From an uncultured Lentisphaerota bacterium (GTDB lineage: Bacteria; Verrucomicrobiota; Kiritimatiellia; RFP12; UBA1067), in the NCBI GenBank assembly GCA_900321255.1, contig ONVK01000005.1:41-64040 (forward strand): DNA of 64,000 nt, given 5' to 3'. Position 1 is the first letter of the stretch. The number at the start of each line of letters is the position of its first letter. A program made the position numbers and the translations under genes. A model generated the notes under the pieces. It was not told the origin of the DNA. It ran no database searches and saw only the letters and a program-made list of their open reading frames with translations. Of this stretch, positions 35,801-43,911 are shown piece after piece.

Positions 35801-38800
35801 GCCGTCGAACGTTCCTTCCGCAAACGCGCTCACCGTCTTGTCCTTGCTGTTGGAATAGCGCTCGGACGTGTAGAAGATCGCGCGACCGTGAGGCGGGACA
35901 AGGCGCGACGGGAAGTTGCCGTAGCCCGCGGGATCGGTCTTCTTGCCGCGGTTCACGCGGATGAAGCGGTAGTCGGCGAGATCGGCCCACTTGTCGGACG
36001 TGTTCTCGACTTCGACCCAGCCAGACTCGAGTCCGTTGACGTCCATCCCTTCCATGCCGTTCAGCGTCCGCGCGTCCGTGGGCTTGGGCAGTATCTCGCT
36101 GATCCTGAGGACGCACCCCTCCGCCATATTGCCCTCGGGATCGACATAGGGCGACTCCCCTTCAAGCTCGCGCACCTGCACGGCGTTGAGCGCGCGCCAA
36201 GCGGCCGCGCCCGAATATTTTATGACAACACTCTCGGAGTTGGCAATCGCCTCGAAAACATAGACAAGCGAGGCGCCATACTTGTTGTCATTGCGCATGG
36301 CCATCGCTTCGAGATCGCCGGCGCTTATCAGCGCATCGCTCCACTGGTTGTGCGCGAAGAACTGCGCGAGATAGCGCTTCCCGATCGTCAAGCCCTTAAG
36401 CGTTACCGTCAGCGTGCTCGTCGAGTTGGCCCACTCCCACGAGTTATTCAGCATCGTGCCGAAATCGCCTGCGACACCCTCGCTGCCCGAGTTGCCGTCC
36501 GTCTGCGCCAGATCCGGCTGCACGGTCGTATCGGCCGTGTTGAGGTCGGCATCCGCGGCGAAGGCAATTCCGTTGACCGTCACCGACTGGACGGCGTAGG
36601 CGTAGAGAAGCTTGCCGTCCGTGCTGAAAAAGCTCCCGTTGGCCGTCGCAGCCGCGCCGGTCCAGCCCGCATCGACGGAACCGCCGCCACCACCGCCACT
36701 CGTCGTCTGCACGGTCGGATAGTCGGCGTCGACGAACGTCTTGTTGCCCGAGAGGGTGAATACGACCGGATTGCCGCCCGTGATTTCGTAACCCGAGGCC
36801 GGGGCAAACGTCACCGTCACCTGCGTGTTCGAGACGATAGAGTAGTTTCCGCCGACCGCCGTCACCGCGACGCCGTTTGTCGTCACCGACTGGAGCTGAA
36901 GCCCCGTCTTCTCTGGAATCGTCAGCATGCACACAGGCGTCGTCGGGTCGACAGGATCGATCGGATCTTCGCCACCACCGCCGCCGCCCTCGCCGAGGTC
37001 GCGGACCTGGAGGGCGGCGACGTAGCGCGCGGCGCCGGATCCGCCCATCTTGAACGTGACTACTTGCGACGACGCTTCCGCCGTGAACGAACCGTACACC
37101 GTCGCGCCGGACGAGCCGTTCCCGTTCTGGGTGTTGACGGCGGGCAGGTCGCCGATCGTGATGTAGGCGTTTCCATACGAGTTGCGGGCCAGGATCTGCA
37201 AAAGATACGCATGGCCGGCCGTCAATCCCGAAAGAGTCAGATGGATCTCGCCCATGCCTGTGTCCACGCCGAAGTTCCACGCCGTGCCAAGGAGCGAACT
37301 GCTACCGGCATTCGCGTCCGCATTGACGAAGGCCGGATCGAAAGAGATGCTCGCGGAAGACAGGTCGGCGCCCGCCTGGAACGTCACGCCGCCCAGGGTC
37401 CGGTCCGTCGAGGCCCCGCGATAGGCATAGAGAAGCGTTCCGGCCGTCTGGAGCATCGTTTCGTCCGACGCGCTCAGCGTTTCGACGGTCCAGCCCTCCG
37501 CGACGATTTCGCCGCCGCCGCCCGACGTGCTGACGACGAACGAGGCGGTCTTCGTGGCCGTCTTGCCCTTGTCGGTCGTGATCGTGACTTCGCAGGTGTA
37601 GGAACCGTCGGCGAGATCGGCGATCTGGAACGAAGCCGAAGTACCGGTCTGGTTCGAGAGCGCCGCCACCGCGGCCCCGCCGTTCAAAGTGTAGGATACC
37701 GCATAGGATGTCGCGGCAACGCCTTCGTCGTCCGTGCCCAGTTTGACGCCGGAAACCGAGACCGTCGCGTTCGAGCCGCTGACGCTGGAATCCGCCGACG
37801 TAATCGACGGCGCGATGACGATCACTCCGCCGCCTTCGCCGAGGTTTCGCACCTGGACGGCGTTGACCGGGCGATCGCCGTTCGAGCCGGAAAAGAGAAG
37901 CTCGACATCCTGCGTCTCGTCCGAAGCCGTGAAGATACCGGTCAAGAGAGCACCGTACTTTCCGCCCGCCTCGTCAGAGCCGTGGACGTGCTGCGCTTCG
38001 CAGCCATTGGCAGAGACAAGCATGCTGTTGCTCCAGGCCGTGTGCGAGAGGATCTGGACAAGATACCGCTCACCCGGCGTCAGGTTCTTCAGCGTCAGCG
38101 TCACTGTCTTGGTGTCCGTCGAGGAATCGGTCCACGTCCAGCCATTCCCGAGGATTAGTCCGTAACCTGTATCTGAAACACCTTCGTTCATGAGGCTGCC
38201 GTCAAAGCCGGTAGGCGCCGGCGTGAAGGCGATGCTATGTGTGGATGCGAGTGGAAGCGCCCGCGTGAACGCGACGCCGTTGACGGTCTGCCCCTGCGTC
38301 GCATAGGCGTAGACGAGCGTGCCCTCCGTGCTGAACTTCGCGCCGGCGGCGTCCATCGGTTCGGACGTCCAGCCGACCGGCATCGGCGGCGGCTCGCCAA
38401 TCCTGAAGTTGACGGACTTCGCCGCGGACGTCTTGTTCTTGTCGGTCGTTATCGTCACCGCGCAGGAATAGACCCCGTCGGCGAGATCGGCGATGTCGAA
38501 CGAAGCAGTCGAAGCGCTTTGGCCCTCGAGCGCAGCCACGTCAGACGCATTGGTCAGGGAGTAGAAAACCGAATAAGAGGTCGCCGCAACGCCTCCGTTG
38601 TCGGTTCCCATCTCTATGCCCGAAAGCGAGATCGTCGCCGTCGTGCCGTTCGTCGAGACGGAAACCGACCCGATCGACGGCGCAATGACCGGCGCCGGCG
38701 GCTCGCCGATCCGGAAGGAGACGGACTTCGCCGCGGATGTCTTGTTCTTGTCGGTCGTAATCGTCACCGCGCAGGTGTATTCGCCGTACGCGAGACCGGA

Positions 38801-40681
38801 GATCGTGAACTGCGCGGACGCACCGGTCTGGCCCGAAAGCGCAGCCACGGACGCCGCGTTGTTGAGCGAGTAGGAGACGGAATAGGAATTTGCGCTCTCA
38901 CCGGCATCGTCCGTCCCCAGCACGATGCCCGAGAGAAAAACCGTCGCCGCCGTTTCGTTCGTCGTGGCGGTGACCGAGCCAACCTTCGGCTGGACGACGA
39001 TCGGCACGCCGCTCGCGCCGAGGTCGCGCACCTGGATGGCGTTGATGCCGTAGTTTCCGTCGGACGTGATGGTGAACGTCTTTGTTGCCTCGGTCGCCGT
39101 GAGGGCACCTGTAAGAACACCGCCGCAGGACCAGCCGTCGCCGTAGACCTTGATGAAATTCGGATCCCAGTACGACTCCTTGATCCAGACATGGGCCTTG
39201 CTGTCGCTGTTGTAGTTGCGGTAGCCGAATATCTGGACGAGATAGACGTGACCAGGCGTGAGGTTCTTGAGTGTCACCGTCTTGTCGCCCTGATTCGCCC
39301 ACCAGCAACGGTTCAGGAGGTCATAGTAAGAGCCAGAGATGCTGCTCGGAGCCGACGCGCCGGAGGTCTGGCTGTACGGCCAGGAAATGTCGCCCGAGAT
39401 GTTCGCGTTGTTGTTTCCGGCAGCTGCGAACGCAACGCCGTTGACCGTGCAGGCCGAGGGGGCATACGCATACTTGAGCGTGCCGTCCGTGCGGATGGCG
39501 CTGTCGTCGGTTGGAAGCGGGCTCGCGTACCACGGCTCGGTCATCTTGAAGTCGAGCAGAGTCACGAGCTCCTTGTTGTCGGCCGTCGTGACGGTCACCT
39601 TGCAGGTATGGTCGCCAAGGGCGACGTTCGGGATCACAAACGAAGCCCGGGTGCCCGTCTGGCCGGAAAGCGCGCGCGTCTTCGCCCCGCCGTCGAGCTC
39701 GTAGTCGATCGAATAGGTCGTCACGGCGTTCGCGTTCGCGTCCCTTCCGAGGGAAATGCCGAAGACCGTGATCGTCGCAGAGCCCGCGCCGTCCGCGTTC
39801 GGGGCGGCCTTGGCGTAGCCGATGGAAGGATCCGCCGTCTGCGGCTGTCCGGCGGGAACCGCGAGATACTTGTGCATCGCGTTCGAGATGGCGGGACGCC
39901 AGAAATCGGAATAGGTGAAGAACTCCGGATGGAGGCAGAGTCCCACGGCATCGTATCCGCCGTGGCCGCCCTCGCGGTAGCATGTCTTGTCGGGCATCGA
40001 ATTCTGCTGGAGATACTGGCTGCGGAGGTCCACCCAGAACACGCGCTTGTTGTCGACGAACTGGAGGATGTAGTCGTTGACCGCTTCGCTCATCTCCGTC
40101 ACTTCGGCCGCCTCGAAGTACTTGCTATCGAAGCTGTAGGGGAGAATCGGCATCAGGAGGATCTTCGCGTTCGGATGTTTCGTCGCCATCTCACACAGCA
40201 TGAGACGGATCGACTCGGCGACATCCTCTGCGCGATCGGCATGCTCGTTGTGGTCGATGCACTTCTGGTGGCCGTTGTTGATGCCGACCATCAACGTGAA
40301 GTACTTCGTGGTATAGCCGTCAAGCGCACCGTTCCGAAGACGCCACAGGAGGTTCTGGACGCGATCGCTGCCGATGCCCATGTTGAACGCCGCGGCGTAG
40401 TTGATGGGATTCCCGTCGAGGGCCAGACTCGGGTTGTTCCAGAAATCGGTGATGGAGTCGCCGAACAGGACCACGTCGAAGTCCTTGCCCTGGCTGCCGC
40501 TGATGTCAGCGCTGAAGTGGTTCCTGTGGTAGTCGTCCGTGCGCTCCTTCGGCGTACACGGCTCAGAACTGTGATCAGATCCCGGCACCTGGGTGCCGAT
40601 CACGATCGGATCGCCGAACGCAACGAGCGAAGCGGCGGCGAGGACTGATGCTGCGACTTTTTTCAATGTGTTTGTTTTCAT
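32630..40681 (-). CDS. Giant secreted mosaic protein B (2683 aa): SGNH esterase, 4 Ig-like modules, 4 malectin-like CBM modules, LTD-CotH-LTD-LTD block, shared C-terminal domain
   Basis: Signal peptide MKTNTLKKVAASVLAAASLVAFG. The SGNH domain has an intact GDSITDFW...GINN. The first lamin-tail-like domain is CVLRISEILPKP...WVEVENTS (around 36115-35750). The CotH-like core is FTKKGHGLRF...LISEFADPSYMRQ...NGEFYQLAFNSERF...YGYKNVG (around 35080-33800). Two further LTD-like segments lie around 33660-33100. The protein ends CFYQIVVE. Confidence 0.85.
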   Translation of the reverse strand: MKTNTLKKVAASVLAAASLVAFGDPIVIGTQVPGSDHSSEPCTPKERTDDYHRNHFSADISGSQGKDFDVVLFGDSITDFWNNPSLALDGNPINYAAAFNMGIGSDRVQNLLWRLRNGALDGYTTKYFTLMVGINNGHQKCIDHNEHADRAEDVAESIRLMLCEMATKHPNAKILLMPILPYSFDSKYFEAAEVTEMSEAVNDYILQFVDNKRVFWVDLRSQYLQQNSMPDKTCYREGGHGGYDAVGLCLHPEFFTYSDFWRPAISNAMHKYLAVPAGQPQTADPSIGYAKAAPNADGAGSATITVFGISLGRDANANAVTTYSIDYELDGGAKTRALSGQTGTRASFVIPNVALGDHTCKVTVTTADNKELVTLLDFKMTEPWYASPLPTDDSAIRTDGTLKYAYAPSACTVNGVAFAAAGNNNANISGDISWPYSQTSGASAPSSISGSYYDLLNRCWWANQGDKTVTLKNLTPGHVYLVQIFGYRNYNSDSKAHVWIKESYWDPNFIKVYGDGWSCGGVLTGALTATEATKTFTITSDGNYGINAIQVRDLGASGVPIVVQPKVGSVTATTNETAATVFLSGIVLGTDDAGESANSYSVSYSLNNAASVAALSGQTGASAQFTISGLAYGEYTCAVTITTDKNKTSAAKSVSFRIGEPPAPVIAPSIGSVSVSTNGTTATISLSGIEMGTDNGGVAATSYSVFYSLTNASDVAALEGQSASTASFDIADLADGVYSCAVTITTDKNKTSAAKSVNFRIGEPPPMPVGWTSEPMDAAGAKFSTEGTLVYAYATQGQTVNGVAFTRALPLASTHSIAFTPAPTGFDGSLMNEGVSDTGYGLILGNGWTWTDSSTDTKTVTLTLKNLTPGERYLVQILSHTAWSNSMLVSANGCEAQHVHGSDEAGGKYGALLTGIFTASDETQDVELLFSGSNGDRPVNAVQVRNLGEGGGVIVIAPSITSADSSVSGSNATVSVSGVKLGTDDEGVAATSYAVSYTLNGGAAVAALSNQTGTSASFQIADLADGSYTCEVTITTDKGKTATKTASFVVSTSGGGGEIVAEGWTVETLSASDETMLQTAGTLLYAYRGASTDRTLGGVTFQAGADLSSASISFDPAFVNADANAGSSSLLGTAWNFGVDTGMGEIHLTLSGLTAGHAYLLQILARNSYGNAYITIGDLPAVNTQNGNGSSGATVYGSFTAEASSQVVTFKMGGSGAARYVAALQVRDLGEGGGGGGEDPIDPVDPTTPVCMLTIPEKTGLQLQSVTTNGVAVTAVGGNYSIVSNTQVTVTFAPASGYEITGGNPVVFTLSGNKTFVDADYPTVQTTSGGGGGGSVDAGWTGAAATANGSFFSTDGKLLYAYAVQSVTVNGIAFAADADLNTADTTVQPDLAQTDGNSGSEGVAGDFGTMLNNSWEWANSTSTLTVTLKGLTIGKRYLAQFFAHNQWSDALISAGDLEAMAMRNDNKYGASLVYVFEAIANSESVVIKYSGAAAWRALNAVQVRELEGESPYVDPEGNMAEGCVLRISEILPKPTDARTLNGMEGMDVNGLESGWVEVENTSDKWADLADYRFIRVNRGKKTDPAGYGNFPSRLVPPHGRAIFYTSERYSNSKDKTVSAFAEGTFDGKPMIFENYGDILVWGDKVNPKKSPYVRLYYAPVSNASNIVSVVDTVVIPSDLPEGWSIIVGDAADGEGTRRWMCPTPTRGTANTSTAGLVRIGPNVGPLYEKPGQAKTTYASEFAAPVPPAVPGEDYSVTLPINGVMNPDGTFTPRAADQIQSIKFVYRKDLDDATLVTNEVNLATKTTDANWGDQYTATIPSSYFPAAGHLMQWKVLITDGEGVEWTSPSFNNKDDGYEWYGTIVEPGELNSATLPTWHMFASGNHLMQMDVDADKQNLSLVPHNARVAIYDSSTSNYYDYVRIDLRGNTSAGFTKKGHGLRFAKSHPMTMTDAVTGEAVEEIRKTSLISEFADPSYMRQMIAFWLWRKMGNLVPFDFPVRCNLNGEFYQLAFNSERFTDELIEDVYGLDKFGYGYKNVGTLRSGSGTTAGGIEKKTPDDEDESNITVLQNELRSKITAAQQVSSSPDGGSTGLDNAALTKFVVEKFDLPAWLNYLASARITQEMDDVWANVCAYYDNPDMLQGARGTGTWMPLGYDFNLSFGQYYRDNGVGGNGLFATNDWFKSHPFYGGSRVRCYSSSAMSTTINYGNDGFEAVWQSAKFRRLYLRRLRTLMDQELKEPGTPESEVPFMAKMREMAGLMRADAASDAAKWPNNGTDSNIDVWSSSSRPASMDAGIQDIWDNYVVPRREHLYVTHSVTNTAKTVGYGSRLNAGIPEAQSPIETLAPNITADLSGLADGVVVISNGNNEVVDMSGWVLKTAVEWTLPAGTVCDAQDAIYVVADRRAYVATHADALTDQVIVGNATFSDTAILQVFAADGTTQVLMTAPDSGDPDQANLRFHTIYGSTLNGKGDSGEFIVITNVSSGVVNLEGVEVSCGKAGGTPKCKVVLGDVDLPGFASIRLDQADYAAAGWEKITNGSIAMKIADKTGATVQIGELHFGLCDKRTDEGGYALQATRFDNETPLADSTDDWTAVFVEAAAPDAPVIGGEGVASPIVVGSDKVSITISNAASGHTYGYRKSTTLAGLKDATVVYFANPAAADGILTLEIPKAANEPSCFYQIVVE
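36160..37495 (-). repeat. Dispersed cassette block in gene B: CBM 'Y' - bridge - CBM 'X' (order permuted relative to gene A)
   Basis: Y (36989-37495) matches A 17954-18460. The bridge (around 36700-36985) matches A around 18490-18780. X (36160-36668) matches A 18788-19305. Confidence 0.8.
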
Positions 40682-40710
40682 AAGAAATCCACCTTCCTGA
40701 GTTTGGCACT

Positions 40711-40756
40711 ATTGTATAAATTCCTTCCCTTGTGCGACAACTACCCTACTGGGTAA
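40711..40756 (-). promoter_or_regulatory. Operator + promoter of giant gene B
   Basis: The minus strand reads TTTACCCAGTAGGGTAG-TTGTCG-18 nt-TACAAT. The palindrome has one mismatch. Confidence 0.6.
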
Positions 40757-40815
40757 AAGCAACTCGCCGACATTTTGCGCCGATGCAAGGAGAAATCTTT
40801 GTCAGCGACGGCCGC

Positions 40816-42315
40816 TTACTTGCAGATAAAATAGAACCCACGCGAAGACACTGGCCCATCCGCCGGCAGCTCCCGCACCTGGATGGCGTTGATCGGGCGA
40901 TACCCGGTCGCGTTGCCCGAGTATGTTACCGCGACATCCTCCGTCGCGTCCGTGGCAGAGAAGGTACCGACGATGGACGCGCCATACTGATACGTCGTAT
41001 CGCTGCCGTTGGGACCGATATGCTGAGGCGGCGTCCCGTTTACGGAAATCATCATGCCGGCCTCTTCAGACCGCGAGCTGAAGGAAACGATCTGGACTAG
41101 ATAGTTATGCCCGCTGACCAGATTCTTGAGCCGAAGCGTCATCGTCGTTTCCGAAACGGAGGAAGACCAGTAGAGTGCACGTTTAAGCAGCCAGCCGTAG
41201 TTCGTCCAATCAACGTGCCCCATTCCTTCGATATGCCCCGAAAAAGAGGGGGTCACACTGATGTTCTCGGCCAAAGCATCGCTACTGGCGCCGCGGCGGA
41301 ACGAAACGTCGTGAACGGGTTGGTTTTGGTCGAGGGTCGCGTAGGCGTAGACAAGCGTCCCGTTCGTGAGGATCGAAGTCTCGTCCGGTCCCATCGGCGA
41401 AACGGTCCACGGCGCGACAGGCGCTTCACCGACACGGAAAACAAGATTTGTCGACGCGGTCTTGCCTGCATCTGTCTCAACCGTGACCGCGCACGTGTAT
41501 TCGCCGTCGGCGAGGTTCGCGATATTGAACGAGGCCGTCGCGCCGGTTTGGTCGTTGAGCGCAACGACCGCCGGCGCGTTGGTCAGCGAATAGGAGACGT
41601 CGTATGACGTCGCGGCCGCGCCCTGCGCATCCGTCCCCAGCACGATCCCGCCCAGCGAGACAGTCGCCGTGGCTTCTGTCACCGAAACGGATGCCGATTC
41701 GATCGACGGATCGACAACCGATGGTGCCGCCGCTCCGAGGTCGCGGACCTGGACGGCGGCGACATAGCGCGCGGCACCCGATCCGCCCATCTTGAACACG
41801 ACATCGTGCGAAGATCCGACCGCCTGGATGGTGCCGTAGACCGTTGCGCCGGACGATCCGTTTCCGCTTTGGATGTTGACGCGCGGCAGATCGCCGATCG
41901 TGATGTATGGATTGCCCCATGCGTTGCGGGCCAGAATCTGGACGAGATACTCATGGCCGCTCGTAAGCCCCGAGAGCGTCAACCGGATTTCGGCCATGCT
42001 TTGCGAAGCGCCGAAATTCCACGCCGTACCGAGAAGCGAGCTGCCGCCGGCGTTCGCGTTCGCTTCCGTGAAGGCCGGATCGAAGGCTATGTTCGCCCCC
42101 GAGAGGTCGGCACCGGCCTGAAACGTCACGTCGCCGAGAGTCATTGCCGACGATGCGCCGCGATAGGCGTAGAGAGGCGTCCCGGCCGTCTGGAGCATGG
42201 TTGCGTCAGATGCTGGCAATGTTTCGACTGTCCATGTGCCGTCCGTCGCGGCGGGCGCGGATGCGGCGAAGAAAGCCACGATGGCAGCAAAGGCAATGGA
42301 GAAAGGCATTTTCAT
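40816..42315 (-). CDS. Secreted CBM-Ig-CBM protein C (499 aa) made only of the cassette types found in giants A and B
   Basis: Signal peptide MKMPFSIAFAAIVAFFAASAPAA with AAGGAG SD. It has a Y-type malectin-like module, one Ig-like module (..LGTDAQGAAATSYDVSYSL..LADGEYTCAVTVETDAGKT) and a second CBM ending INAIQVRELP. No enzymatic domain and no FYQIVVE tail are present. Confidence 0.8.
   Translation of the reverse strand: MKMPFSIAFAAIVAFFAASAPAATDGTWTVETLPASDATMLQTAGTPLYAYRGASSAMTLGDVTFQAGADLSGANIAFDPAFTEANANAGGSSLLGTAWNFGASQSMAEIRLTLSGLTSGHEYLVQILARNAWGNPYITIGDLPRVNIQSGNGSSGATVYGTIQAVGSSHDVVFKMGGSGAARYVAAVQVRDLGAAAPSVVDPSIESASVSVTEATATVSLGGIVLGTDAQGAAATSYDVSYSLTNAPAVVALNDQTGATASFNIANLADGEYTCAVTVETDAGKTASTNLVFRVGEAPVAPWTVSPMGPDETSILTNGTLVYAYATLDQNQPVHDVSFRRGASSDALAENISVTPSFSGHIEGMGHVDWTNYGWLLKRALYWSSSVSETTMTLRLKNLVSGHNYLVQIVSFSSRSEEAGMMISVNGTPPQHIGPNGSDTTYQYGASIVGTFSATDATEDVAVTYSGNATGYRPINAIQVRELPADGPVSSRGFYFICK
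41733..42237 (-). repeat. Y-type cassette copy in gene C
   Basis: Similar at nucleotide and protein level to 17954-18460 and 36989-37495 (WTVETLPASD.TMLQTAGT.LYAYRGAS...LLGTAWNFG...GSSGATVYG...VAAVQVRDLG). Confidence 0.8.
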
Positions 42316-42336
42316 GGCAAAGCTCCTTTGACGAAA

Positions 42337-43833
42337 TCAGCGAAGACTGATCTTGAAACCAGCAATCGCATGGAACTCATAGCAGCCGATGTCTGGCAGC
42401 GCATCATCACTTACAAGCCCCCTTTTCAGGCAACGCTTGTGGCCGGCGAGATCGCTGGCCGAATTCATCCAGTCGGCCTTGACTCCGGCATCGATCATGA
42501 CAGACGAGCGTTTGAGCGTCCAGTCGCCGGCTGCAGCATCCTTGAACCCAGGGCCCTTCTGCGCCGCGAGCGCCGTGAGGCGCGAAGATTCGCCCGTCGC
42601 GTCAGCCGCGAGGACCGCCGCGACATCTGCGTTGTCAGTGCCGCCTTCTACGACAGTGGTGCCGATCTTGATAAGATCCTGGAGCGGAGTGGTGGGATGC
42701 CAGTAGATGCCAGGGACGCCCTTGAATTTATTGCCATAGGGCCATTCGGTCTTTTCGATGTTGCCCCAGAACACGCAGTTGGTGATGGCAAAGTTCAATG
42801 ACTGCACGTTGTCGCAGACAAGGCCGCCGACATTGCGGACAAACGTGCAGTTCACAATCGGAGGCATTGCGTCCATCCTGAACGGATACTTGTTGTCGAT
42901 GAAAAGACAGCTTGTGATTCTGCTGAAGCTCTTGTCGCCCGAAGCGTCCAGGCGATAGATGCTGGCAAGCGTCGATGTCACGGTCGACTCGTTGTTGGAT
43001 ATTACGCAACGGTCGAGGATGACTTTTCTGTGGAACAGAACGTCATCCTGATTGTGGCCGACGTTGTTCGCGATAAGGCAATCCACCAAACGCGAGCACC
43101 CCTGCTGCTCCCGCTGTTCCTTGGACCCGACAAGACCGCGCTTCGTCTGTGTGTGGTTGCGGAAAATGCAGTTCGTCACCGTAGAGTAGCTCGTGACGTC
43201 AATCGCCGCGTGATACTGATTCTTCGAAACGTCCGAGCAGTAGCAAGCGTCAAAGACCGAGCCCTCGACCCAAAGCGCGCCGAAGATAGCGCCGCCGCCG
43301 CCTTCCTCTCCAACTGTCGCAATCCCGCAACGAAGGAAGGTGCAGCCGCTGACGATGCCGTAGTTCTCCCGCGGTTCAAAGGACGTGTAGCTGTTCTGCC
43401 CGGCATAGATCGCCCCGCCGTACTTCGCCGAACAGTCGATGAAATCGCAGTCCTTGATCATCGCGGTCTGCGAAACGCTCGAGGAGCTGAAGCTGATCGC
43501 CCCGCCGTTGCCGGCATAATACGCGTTCCTGAACGTGATCCCCTCAACCTTGAAGTTGCTCCCGCTTACATAGAGGATGCGGAACTGCGAACCTCCATCG
43601 ATTATTGCGCTGGCCTTGCCGTTCGCGGAACGAAGCGTCACGTTCGCCGCCGAAACCGGAAGTTCCCCCCTGATGAGGCTGTACTCGCCTGCCGCAAGCG
43701 TGATAACATCTCCGGGATCCGCATCGTTAAGGGCTGCACGGAGATCATCAACCGTCGAGACGGTGGAACTGGCGGCAACGGCGGAAGCCGCAAACAGAGC
43801 GGCGGAAACAGCAGGAATGATGGATATTTTCAT
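42337..43833 (-). CDS. Secreted right-handed beta-helix (choice-of-anchor-Q-like) protein, paralog of the N-terminal part of 11533-13296
   Basis: 498 aa with a signal peptide. It has the VSTVDDLRAALNDADPGDVITLAAGEY entry motif, repeated NC/beta-helix rungs and DIGCYE near the C-terminus. No shared C-terminal domain is present. Confidence 0.7.
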   Translation of the reverse strand: MKISIIPAVSAALFAASAVAASSTVSTVDDLRAALNDADPGDVITLAAGEYSLIRGELPVSAANVTLRSANGKASAIIDGGSQFRILYVSGSNFKVEGITFRNAYYAGNGGAISFSSSSVSQTAMIKDCDFIDCSAKYGGAIYAGQNSYTSFEPRENYGIVSGCTFLRCGIATVGEEGGGGAIFGALWVEGSVFDACYCSDVSKNQYHAAIDVTSYSTVTNCIFRNHTQTKRGLVGSKEQREQQGCSRLVDCLIANNVGHNQDDVLFHRKVILDRCVISNNESTVTSTLASIYRLDASGDKSFSRITSCLFIDNKYPFRMDAMPPIVNCTFVRNVGGLVCDNVQSLNFAITNCVFWGNIEKTEWPYGNKFKGVPGIYWHPTTPLQDLIKIGTTVVEGGTDNADVAAVLAADATGESSRLTALAAQKGPGFKDAAAGDWTLKRSSVMIDAGVKADWMNSASDLAGHKRCLKRGLVSDDALPDIGCYEFHAIAGFKISLR

Positions 43834-43867
43834 GGCAGCCCTCCTATCGTTTCAAAAAGACGCCACA

Positions 43868-43911
43868 ATTGTATCCATTCCGGCAAGACAAGACAACTAC
43901 CCAGTTGGGTG
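43868..43911 (-). promoter_or_regulatory. Operator + promoter of the beta-helix / protein C operon
   Basis: The minus strand reads AACACCCAACTGGGTAG-TTGTCT-17 nt-TACAAT. The operator starts immediately after the stop codon of the upstream gene. Confidence 0.6.

Noticed and set aside
17954-42237. Whether the repeated CBM cassettes form a diversity-generating retroelement (template/variable repeat pair).
   Set aside because: No reverse transcriptase or accessory gene is in the window. The differences I compared between copies are spread over all four bases and include indels, not adenine-specific substitutions in a short C-terminal variable region.
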